The position numbers and the translations under genes were made by a program. A DNA stretch of 64,000 bases, from positions 7,564,001 through 7,628,000 of the forward strand of contig NC_134031.1 of NCBI RefSeq assembly GCF_964204645.1, read 5' to 3'. This document shows, one piece after another, positions 1 to 12,000 of the stretch (positions are counted from its first letter, which is position 1; each line of letters begins with the position of its first letter). The notes beneath the pieces are model-generated. The model was not told the DNA's origin. It made no database searches and saw only the letters and a list, made by a program, of their open reading frames with translations. The stretch is from Tubulanus polymorphus (taxonomy: Eukaryota > Animalia > Nemertea).

Positions 1-185
1 ATTCGACTTATTATGTCGAAATTCGACTTATTAAGTCGATTTTCTAGTTTTCTTTTCATGTCGAATTTGACTTACTTATGACGAATTTTTTGTTATTTTC
101 ATGTAGACTTATTTTCTCGAAATTCAACATAAAAATAACTCGAAATTTGACATATTAACTCGAATTTCGACATAATTAACTCGAA
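1..185. repeat. Degenerate TCGA-rich short tandem repeats, probably the subterminal region of a related DNA element cut by the window edge
   Basis: Repeated TTCGAC/GTCGAA/CTCGAA units resembling the arrays at 34690-34720 and 35395-35590. Confidence 0.45.
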
Positions 186-429
186 GGGCTTTCTCTGTGA
201 TGTCATGAAACGAGGTCAAGCATCGATTAGTAGAATGGGGGAAAAATTCATTGAAATTTTGCACATTTTCTCCCAGCACTTCCAAATAGCTTAGAGCTGA
301 TGGACGAAACTTGCCATATTCAATTCCATCACCTATTTCGCTCCATATGACAAAATATGAGCTGTTTATATCCAGTGGTTATAATTAGTACCACCAAGAG
401 CTAACTGAAAGCTACTCTCAGAACCATTC

Positions 430-625
430 TAGAACCAGTCGGCCATCTTGGTTTTTTTTGGGCCGAAGATGCGTCAACGGTAGATACTTCTATAAACCAA
501 ATAGAAAGACAATCCCAACATCTTCAAAACTCCCCAAAATAACTTGATTCCATCTACAGACGAATGGACGCATGTAAAGTGAATGCAAAAGCCCGCTGGG
601 GCTTAAGTCCCAAGTGGGCTAAAAA
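430..625 (-). mobile_element. HINE-family 5'-end fragment
   Basis: Matches 49647-49850 including the GCCCGCTGGG..CCCAAGTGGGCTAAAAA hairpin end. Confidence 0.7.
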
Positions 626-3600
626 GCTGGCTGAACCCTCCCGCGTCCAATAAGCAACAACCATTCATTATGAAATTGGAATGGTTTCATACAGTATGAA
701 AAGCCTTCCATGCACTGCATGAAATAAAACCGAAACAGACATTGTTCCTGCATATTTCGTGACTGTGTTCATGACTGTATGCATTGCTCTGAAAAAAGAA
801 ACAAAATTACTAAACGATGTTCTTTTTGCAAAACCAATATGGTGTGAAACAATATTAGGTTTCATAAATGTGGAAGAAAGAGAGTCACTGGAAACATTTT
901 GAAATTTGTCAATTATAACCACGGTTTCTCATTGTTACTACGGTGGTTGTCACCCAAATTGAGCATTTACCCCAAGGGATAACTTTGATACTCAGTCTAT
1001 GAAACCGGGCCCTTGGATATATCAATAAGGGTTACAACTTTTGCTACCAAGTCTATGAAATTAAGATTTTTGGCAGTTTAGAGCTAGAAAAAGAACACTA
1101 TTGCATGAGACACCACGCAACGGCAGGTTGAAATATCACCGGCAGCTGAAATGTCCACTACTCTTTTAGCAATCTATTGAAATTGGTAACACGCTGTATT
1201 GTTTTGACTAACCTATCACACAATGATGCATGGCCTTTACTGAACTGAGTTAGTCATATATCTTCAAAAACATCAACATCAAAACTACACTACAATTTTA
1301 GCACATTTTTGTTTTTAGAATACATAATAAATACTGCCGGGGCATCATAACAATCGTGTCACATTGCGTTTATATTCCAGGGGGTAAAAATCAAATGATG
1401 GGTGCCATAACTTAAAAACATACATATTTTTCCTCCTTTACATAATATATAGCTGCCTTATCAAATACAAATATGTATGGCTCTACGCATACAGTACGTT
1501 TGCACAAGGACAACAAAAACATTTACGGGCAAAACACTGCAAAATTATTTCTACCAGTACTGGGTTTGATCAAATTCTTGAAAAAGTAACTACCCAAAAA
1601 GTAATCAATTTGATACAAAAACAATAGAGAATAATACATAGCTTACATGATCAGCATGTACCAGAATCAACAAGGTAGCCATAGCACAAAGATTGTCTAG
1701 CTGAATAACAGCCAATATACCAAGGTCCAGTTTTACAGACATACAAACTTTAACCCCCCCCCGAGTAAAATTTCTTATTACATGCTCTTCCTTCGTGGTT
1801 AGCGATAGGGTTCAGTTTTCAACGCCAAGATTAACTTTAGCGACCTGGTTTATGAAACCGGCCCCGGAAATACACTTGCATGAGACAACATGAAATATCG
1901 TCATGCAAACAGCACCTCAGCAAATCATCATAACAATTCCCTGACATATTCATTTATGAGACATGAAAACCTGAATAATCAATTTGATGGCTGCATTTTG
2001 AAAAATCGAAAATAAAATTGCAACAGTTTCTCTAAATAATCGAGAGAGCTCCCCGAGTGAAAATCGTTTAGTATTCAAGGAAAACATGAATAGAATAGTC
2101 GTCGTTGCTAAAGATTTGATTGTATGAATGCCCAAAAATGCGAGAATAGACTGGGATTAAAAAATTTCTGAACTTCGGTCGTGACAGCAATACTCGATAT
2201 GAATATGATCTATAGAACACTATAGAACAGTTACAGTTAAGATGCAGATATGAAACTGGTTATCAAAAACATTTCACTCGTACATATTCAAGCTTAGTGC
2301 AGTACGAAATATTTAAACTCAGCGTTGATGTTTTTGTAGTTTCCAACACGAGTAACAACCATTTGAAATTAGAAATAGTAGCGTTGAGAATGAACTAGAT
2401 TTTGAGTTCATTATTGGTATTTGAATTGAACCCTATAAAGAGTAGTAGTGGTTATCAGGCAGAAAGATGCAGATGGAAAGCCAACCAACCATAAAAGGCT
2501 TTAGATAGATGCTTTGTTCATACCGGGTATCTGCTGCTCTCGTTACGAGCGCTGCGATCACACAGATACCATTTGGCCCGGGTTAAACTGGCTGAAACCA
2601 GACCAGAATCAAATTTGACCTGTGTTTAATTAGAGGGCACATTTGCGTGTAAATCACTAGAATGCCATCAAAGCAATACTGTGGCAAACAAGGTGAGTCA
2701 CTTGCACAACTAGTTGGCATTCACGTGAAATTGACCGCTGCTAAAATTCGATACAGGCCTGGACCGCTGTTTTCCGTCAAGACAAATTTGGCCTGTATCA
2801 AACAGGCGCTGATCTATTTGGCACCAGTGTGAACGGTTGGCCTGGGTCAAAAGCGCTTGCATGATTGTGGCTCATATTCAATCAAAATCTCTTACTTTCA
2901 TTCCCTAACCTCAGGGCACAAAATTGTACTTTTCGCGCTAAGAGCTAAATTAAGACTTGAATTTGACTCTAGAACTGTGTAACAGTGAAGCAACCTCTTA
3001 AAATCCATATAATATATAGATCCACATATACCGATATTAATACATAGACTTACAATATTGAACATGAAGGTAGATATATCTTAACAACTATATGACATGG
3101 ATGTGATGTATTTTTACATAGTAATCGATTATATCATTATACACATGTATCTATTCAAGTCAAACATAAAATAATTTACTATATCTATAGTTTTGCATAA
3201 ACACAACCACCGTCGGTGCAAAGAATCTGATCGGACTGAAGTCTTTCTCCTTCGAATACGTTTAAAGAACATTATAAAGAAAAATAATACCTTTATAATT
3301 CGGTTTCATACGAACAGATTCAAGTCTACACCTGGCGGCACCTAAGGGTTTCTCCTTGTACCTGATTTAGAACAAGAGACAGAGCAGGGGGTAATGGAGG
3401 CAAACTACGAATTAACATATCCTACATAAGCTATGGACACATATAAAATTCTGGCGTCATTTGATGAGTGAAGTTATACAATATAATATAAACAGCACCT
3501 TTTGAAGACCACACTTTCAAATGACACCAAAATTCCGAACGTAAATATCGTTTTATGTACATCGAGTTAAAATGGACATTCCAGAGATATCTGGTACTTT

Positions 3601-6600
3601 GAGGAGAAAGTAAGATGGAGGATGGGAGAGGCTGCAAATTGGCAGAGAGCTGCTCTTTAAATTGAGGTATAAAACAATATCGAGCCGGCTTAGTTGGTTG
3701 TGACCGAGGGTAGCTCTTTAGGATTGAACGACCGAAATACGAATTCCACGTTGCTGTCTTCGGTCTGCTGTCTCTACCATGTGTGAGGCAGAATTTGCAA
3801 TACATTTGAGGACAGGTAATCATCTGATAATGATAATAATGACAATAATAATAATATAGCTGCCTTGAAATACACATTATTACCAGTTGATCAGCAGACT
3901 GACAGACTTGCAGCAGATACCTGCCCATTCACTAGCAGACTTGCAGCCGATAAAAATTCCAATAATCAGAGATCTTGAAAATATCGCAAAATCGCAACTG
4001 ACCACCCTCCTAAGAATCATGATTCTGTTCGAATTGATTAAAATTGTACCAGACACACCCGTAGAATGTCCATAAACCATGCAAATATGAAATTAGACAA
4101 TACACAAGTGAGTTTATGAACTGTACATTGACCTGAGGAAAAAAAACAAATATATGTAAACACACATTCATAGAAACATACGCACATGCACACACACGCA
4201 CACACATAAATGTACATGTTCCATTATGTATGTTGTACATGCACATACATGTAAATATACATGGATGAATATGAATAATTTGGGGACGCCAACCAGGATG
4301 ATCTTAGATCACTTTTACCACTGCTTCTCCAAGAAAAGTTGCAGAAAACCTCTTTGCTCCAATTCAAAAAGTTGAACAGAATATCATTTATTACCGTAGC
4401 AGAATTTCAAAGGCTGCATCTAAATGGGAGAGGGCAGGTCCCGAATGACAGCCTATACACAGTTGAGTCAAGAATTATTCAATCTGAATCGACATACCGA
4501 TATGTGAAAACCTAAACATGGCTTCATGCAACAAACCGACCGCGACTTTGAAAATTTGGCTCGAAATGTGACTGAATTGTAACCGAACATCCACAAAAAG
4601 AACTAGGTTTCAAGCATTTTTACAACATAAAATGAGTGCATGATAAGCATTCGCTTTTCAGCTCAATTCATTTAGAACAAATTTCCAACCCATACGATAC
4701 GTCATTACATAAATGAAACTAAATCAGTCTTGCAGCATATTGTAGGCGATTCAGTGTATGACCGAATCATTACACTATGACGGAAATAAACAGACAAGAG
4801 CATAAAAACGGATGGCGTCTATTCTTTTCATTTGCGTTACCCGTTTCAACCGCTAATTTTCATTACTAATTCAACGTAATCATTCCACTATTTCATCACT
4901 TAAAGAAGTCATGGTACAATGTGACATATATTGAATGTCGCGGGGAGTGCGTGACGTACAACCCTCCCTACCCGATCTGTTCCGCCCTCCCCCGGCGATT
5001 CAATGCAACCATACACACATATGAACACGATATATAAAACCAATAATATAATGCAGGTTTATGAATGAAACCCGTGGACCCGTTTAGTTGAATAAATATA
5101 AAATAACATTACATTTTGATAAAAACCCCTATGCACACGAGAAAGAGAAGATTATTCAGGAAATGGTCGAACATCTTCATACCACTCAAGATTCATCTTA
5201 AAACAACGTAGCAGATGGAAGACCAATCAGCAATTTTTGCCTATTGGTCATAGCATAATTTGAAAATGTAAACTATTACAAGATATCCAGTGAGTGGAAC
5301 CATTCACTTTTTGCGAGTGGAAAATATGACCGAATGAAAAAGACCGTGTTTCATAATCGACCAAATTGATCACTTCTCTGCATTGGGTTTTTAATACAGT
5401 ACACCAGCATCGTTGTTTTGAATAAGTGACCAGGTAAAAAGGCGGCGTCATAACTAATCACTGATAAGAATAATTGTCACTAAGTAAAGAGGAAAGTATG
5501 AAAACTTAAAGTGCCAATTTAGACTGAATATCCTTACAGAAATGATGGCTCTCTCAAATGTACAATTTTGCTACGGACATCAGAAATGGCAATATCAATC
5601 CAAGGCTGTAATTAAGAACCAAAGGGCTCCCACTAATGTCTATCTACCGATGAATGGGTTTCCTCTGCAACTAAACCCCATCAGAAATATCATTTGTACT
5701 ACATAAACCATATTTAATCCATTGATTCTTCGAGAAACACTGGCCAATCATCTTAATGATAACAAGATTAATGGTAGCAATAGGGTTGGGTTGGATGGAA
5801 AATTGAGGTTTAAATTTCTTCCAATTTTAAGTTCATTCTCTCTCACTTATACAACTAAGTGATTAGAGTGCATAGCAAATTATTCAGAAATCTAACCCTT
5901 TTTTCAGATCAAAAATATTTGTTTTTCCTGAATCCTGAATCTGATAAAGCAAGTTTTCATCCATGACAGACCTACTCCACCTTCTCCAAGCCTGAATGAC
6001 AATCTACTGGGTATAATAAGATGGAAAACCAAACCCATAGTGAAGTTCTTGGAGAAATAAGACTTAAAACTATTACCCAAAGCCTAATCCTAAACGAAAA
6101 AAATTTTGGTTGGGAAAACATCAGCATTATCCACTTTTCAGCAATACGCTGCCATGTTTCACCGATTATCAAAGTCTAATCAATACGATTTGCACGATAT
6201 GTGAAAGATTTATCTATTTCTATGCCCACTTATACTGGCCACATCAATTCCCTGAATGGATTCCGTTTTTCTAGCTATCTACCTGCCAATTCCTAACAAC
6301 ATTCATAAAAAAATGATAACAACGTCAACAACACAAACATAAAATCTAAAAGTGCAGAGAAAGATGATTACGAAAAATTTCCTAGCACTGAACAACAACT
6401 AAATAGGCCATGTACAAAAAATATGACATTGCCTCGATATCAGCAACTTTTAAAACCTGAATTTGTTTTTCTTCAAAATGATAATAACCCGAGTTTGTAG
6501 TATTCAAAGCCAATTATAACAACATACCCCACACAGGTTGCGATTAGTTTACTGGAAACATTGGCCAGACCGGGCCATACATAAACCTGTAGCCCTCCCC

Positions 6601-7020
6601 CCCCTTTTAAAACCTAAACAACCTATTTCCAACTGAGCAAGGCTATATTCAGAAACTCAAACATTATAGAAATATACAATAAGCATCGATCATTCAACTT
6701 CCTTCAAAAAATGTTCTCCATCAAAAGTTGATGTAATAAGATATACCTGTTATCATTTCAAATCATTTCTAATCGTCGAAATATATATATATATATATAT
6801 ACATGTACATGTATATATATGAGAAGCCATAAACTGAAATAAGAGCTACAAATCACTTTCCTGAGAGCGTACAGAGCAAAAACCGAATTGATTGGATCTT
6901 TTAACCAACAACAAACACAACTGACTTCTTCTGAATTAATTGAGCAATATTTCGATTATTCAGCAAGCGTGTCATAGATAGTCATAGGAGCGTTATAAAT
7001 AGCAGTACGTTGAAAATTTG

Positions 7021-7021
<1 letters not shown>

Positions 7022-7068
<47 letters not shown>
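7022..7068. repeat. (TA)n microsatellite (shorter ones at 6781-6820 and 40530-40550)
   Basis: Seen directly. Confidence 0.93.
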
Positions 7069-7071
<3 letters not shown>

Positions 7072-8202
7072 GACATTGTAAGCCAACTACGTCAACGAGC
7101 CTCAATCAATACAGGCATCAATACAACTTGACAACAGGACTAGTAAAAATACAGTTTCATCTCAGCAATCATACGTTCAAATTACATACCGGCGCAGAGA
7201 AAATTTACAAATACATCCGCTTCATCCCACTGAGCCCATCCAGCAACCATAGCTGAGCATAGGTGATTTTTCTATCATCGTTAGAAGTTAAAACATAATT
7301 GAGCTCAACACAGATATTTGTATGGAAATTTCACTCGTTTATACTAAAAAAAATATTCTTTTCCCCTATTATAGCCATTCATCAATATATCAGTGGGAAA
7401 CATTTCATATTTGAAGTAATTAGTAATTCGTTGAATCTCCCACAACCTCCGAAAGTTAGTTTTCAATTAAAATGTGATGGTTCATATCGGTAATTTGTTG
7501 AACATGGCGGCGCCCACGATAGATGCCGAATCAAATTTACCAAATCGATACTTGTCGAAGAAAGTTGGCATTTGGGAGTTCAAAGAGTTAAAACGTGTAC
7601 TATGGTCACAACATCATCAATCTAAGGATGTATAAAGGGGTTGGGTGTCTTTTTGCCTGGTCACGTAATTCGAAATTCCGTACATGATATAGCACCACCT
7701 GGTGGCGCAACGATGTACTCTTCGACAACAACCTATTACAATCACTACAGGACTACTTTTCGACGGATGAAGAATTCTAACAACGATGCTGCTGTCTGTT
7801 AACTAAAAAATCGGCAATGTAAGTTGTCTCGTCAACAGCTGAATCGCGGCACTGTGTACGCGTGTGTACACACATTGTCGACACTTCACGACAAAAATAA
7901 TGCTGCCATTATATTATTCACAGTCAAAACTGAATACCAATAATGCTGCATGACCTGAAGGCACCCCAAATATATAGAACTATTACCCTCGACGAACGGT
8001 AACACCCATATTTCAATCATTTTTTTTAGAAGTCATTTTTGCCACAAGTAGAGGCGAAATTGTTCAGAGCAAATCAATTAGGTTTACTGGTAATGATAAA
8101 CGACATTTGTTTCGATCATTTAATTTATCAATTTGCTCAAACCGGCAGTTGTCATCTGCCATCTTACTAAACCAATAATCTAAAGCGTTGCATTCGTTGC
8201 AT

Positions 8203-8448
8203 CAGGGGCGGATCCAAGGGGAGGGTGCAGGGGGTGCGCTCCCCCTAAAAATGTAAAGTTGCCCTGAAATTTTATGGAAAAAAGAAAAATATCAAACCTA
8301 TCGACTTTATATTCATAAGCACGTTCTCTGTATTTCCAAAAATGAGTTAATGTTTTGAGATGAGCTCTCTTTCGGGGTTCCATTTCGACTAATATGCACT
8401 ATTTTTGCGGCGCACCCCTCCCTTAATCCAACCCTAGATCCGCCCCAG
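8203..8448. mobile_element. hAT-like MITE (CAGGGGCGGATC ends)
   Basis: TIRs CAGGGGCGGATCCA / TAGATCCGCCCCAG; TSD not clearly preserved. A similar end lies at 52492. Confidence 0.55.
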
Positions 8449-8914
8449 CGCATAAATCAGTTTCGATAGCTTACAAAACCGAGTAAATCAAAACCTAATC
8501 GGTTCATTCTGACCAAATGCGCCTTAGATGAATATACTTGCTTACTATATGTGACTGACAGTATAGATATAGACATACATAAAGGCTTCTAGTGGCAAAA
8601 TTTAAAAATGAAACTCGTCGAGAATTTTACAGTCAAAATCTAACAAGTACAGAGTTTGTTTCACAACGGCGATTGAAATTCTTCAATGTACTAAAATGAA
8701 CCTACACTGACATTAGTTTTTTTTTTAGTTTGTGAAGAATTTCGGCTCCAATTGAATTCATTCGATAATCTTTTTGCCATTGATATTTTCTTGTTAGTGG
8801 ACCTTTCTCCTTTTTCAGAGGTGACACTCCAAGTCATCTTTGGTTAATTTTCGGCCAGATTCAACAATAAATGCGCTACACGATAGATACCACTTGAATT
8901 CTGGTGGCCGAGTA

Positions 8915-9009
8915 CTATACAGCCATTGGAACAGTCGAACTCGGAGTCGATTCACCACTGCTCTCCCCACGGCGACGATTCTTCACTTTATTTTTCTTCC
9001 TACTAGGAC
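8915..9009 (-). CDS. TGFBR3: TGFBR3-like last coding exon, cytoplasmic tail (GPSRKKNKVKNRRRGESSGESTPSSTVPMAV*)
   Basis: ttaccag acceptor, phase 1, TAG at 8915-8917; STPSS resembles the STPCS of betaglycan/endoglin tails. Confidence 0.88.
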
Positions 9010-12000
9010 CTGGTAAAAACATAGAAGTTTAGAGAGTTAGACTAGTGGTTACTCGTGCTCATTACTTAGGAACAAGGTTTGAAATGCTCAACAGTCTGAA
9101 AATATGTAATTTGAAAATACTAAGTTATTCTACAACTCAACGCCCCCTGGTGACCATATAAAAAAACCAATGACTTTGAAACTCACCACAATCATAGCAA
9201 CATGTCATGAAACACTTTTTTGCGATTTTTGCGATTAGTGTATAGAAATCAACATCTTCCAATTTGAAATTCTCGATTATTTAGAATAAGAACATGACAG
9301 ATCTGAGCGCTCATTTCAAATTCAAGTACCGGGTAAGTATGGATGAATTCGGGGGGGCCAAAAGGACACAATTTTGGTGGCCCACCTCATCAAATCTTAT
9401 GTCATATGATAGCCTTGACTATTTACTACAAAATAACAGGAACTTGTTATACGTAAAAATAAATCGGGAATGAGCTATTTTGTATCGTGATAAATTTGGA
9501 TTTTCCCTTGAATTTTCTGAGGAGTTATAGGCACCACATAGTGAAATTCCTGAGTGCTCATGGGTTAAACATCAACAACATGGACCAAACCCTGCATTTA
9601 AGATGGAGAAACATGAATAGTTACTTACCTGTGTGTGTATGAATAAACCATAACGAGGCAGTCAGTAGCACACCTATAATAAACGCCGCGAAAGCAATAC
9701 CGACCACCGTACCGGAATCCAATCCCTGAACGATTATCGGACCCGTCTGATCCAAGTTTCCTTGACCAGAGTTTTCTCCATGCGGCGATCGATTATTCTG
9801 ATTGCCCATTGGCCCTCTCGGGAATTTATTTCCTCCTCCGATACTTTGACCACCGAACACGCCTGTAAATAACGGTCGTAGAACCACATTCAATTGTCTA
9901 TCACATCGATCGTAGGACAACATCGCGAAAGTAACAACGTCAAAATTGATAACGGAATAGTTGCGTACCTTTGCTCGGATCGGTAAGAAATGGCATACCG
10001 GAGTCGGCAGAATTAACCTGCAATGGTCCTAAAGTTAAGATTTTCATATCATTGTTAATCACAACTGGTTGAGCCTTCTCTGTTCCAATATTTTTATTCT
10101 GATCCAAGCAGTAATCGCTTTGACTCATGCACTACAAAAGATAAACGACGAGAAATGATTAAAACAGTTAAAATAAATAGTTTTCATATTAAAGATTTTT
10201 ATTTACCGCGTTTTAGTGGCTTAAATTTGATTAACTCTTTGATTCATTCAATAGTGGATCTGATTCATTCAATAGTGGATCAGATGCTAAGTTGAAATAC
10301 ATTAAGCCTAGCGTAGATCAGACAAGCAACTGATCACTTTCCAGTTGCTAGTGAGGGAGTTCCCCGCACACATCGAAAATCCAGTCAGTTGCAGCAACTG
10401 CATAGCTTCTGCCAGTCTCTAGACCCACAGCGCATATATCGACAGCAACTGAGATGGTTTTATCTAGCAGAATTCTTGAGGGCATCTCAAGCAACATGTC
10501 AATTTGCTAAGTTTTAGTCAATTGCATCATGTGTGTTGATTATGGATCATGCACATTATGATTATGGAATGTAACTGAGTAGAACAAGTTGCTCAAAAGA
10601 AGAACATTGGAAACTGGCTGGAACTGAAGATAGATCGTCACATTCAAGCAACTGATTTCAATCAAGCCAGTTCCTACACCAAAATCTGCCTTGCAACTAG
10701 TTGTCTCTGGTTACTTTGTTGATGTACGCTAGACTCTGGAGAACTATTCAGTTTCAATATCAGAAATGATATACCTTTTTAACTTTAGGAGCTTTGAAAA
10801 TTCCTTTCTCACTGCACATTGATAACTGACATGTTAGAAATGAGTATGGAGTATTGAAGTAGTTGCCAACACGGAAACTAAATCTTTGTAGTTGGACGAG
10901 ATTTTCATCTTCGGCTTCCGTGTGCCATTTCACTGAAACATCTGTCCGACATCTGCAACAACGAAAGTAATCATCATTGGATCCATTGAATCTCGTCATG
11001 AAAAATATTGCAGATATTGTTGGGATTATCATTATCCAGTAGGATTTTAGAGCCCAGGGCCAGTCTCAAACTAAATCTATTTGGCTTGTTCATCTTAATT
11101 CAGTGTATATCTAGAATCGACTAATTCCTTCTTAATCATAGAATAAAGAATTAATCCTTCTTAGGGTAATGGCTCCCAAGCTATGTTGTCGGTATGTCCG
11201 TGTACAATAATCAAAAGTGAAATTTCACAATGGAAAAAATTTCATATTACATTAAATGATACCCAGTAACATAATATTCATTATCAATCAATGATCTAAA
11301 TAGGTGAAAAATCTATGTTATGCTGCAGAAGTGCCTGACAAGTGGGGAAAGAAAATCTAACAGCATTGGCGTTTTAAATACAGAGTTGTCATGAAATCCC
11401 TTTTTATTAACTTCTATTAAAAGATTACTAGAAACAAGCCACAGATGACAACGGATCTCGGGTCTCAGGCTCAAACGTGAACTCCGACATAAACATGTGT
11501 AAGTTGCTATTGCATTTTGGATATGTTGTACCTAAAAAGGGCCTAAATTTTGTTAAGACAACTATTGCATTCTCATGATGATCGGAATTTAGAAATAACT
11601 AGCGACCCCAATGCACTATAATTCAACCATGCTCGCAGTGAAATTGTTAACATGAATCATAAAATATTCAACTTGATATGAATAAGTATTTACCCGGTAT
11701 CGATGAGCACATGTCTTTTAGCCTTTTTGTTTAGATTTTCTGCCAGCCAACAACTATGTATCATAGCTCTGACATGAACGTCTGTAAAGATAAGCCAAAA
11801 TGATTATGAAAAGAACATTATATTTTGGTACCTTTTTGAAGTGATAACTTCAAACATGCTCAACCTGCCAATTGGTATTTCAATATTCCCTAGTACATAT
11901 CAATAGATCTATAACTATTAGCCAAATAAAGTATGATGATAATAATAAATTAGGGGTACAAGGACACCATGTCCAGTATGGAAGTGGTCCCAAATGCTCG

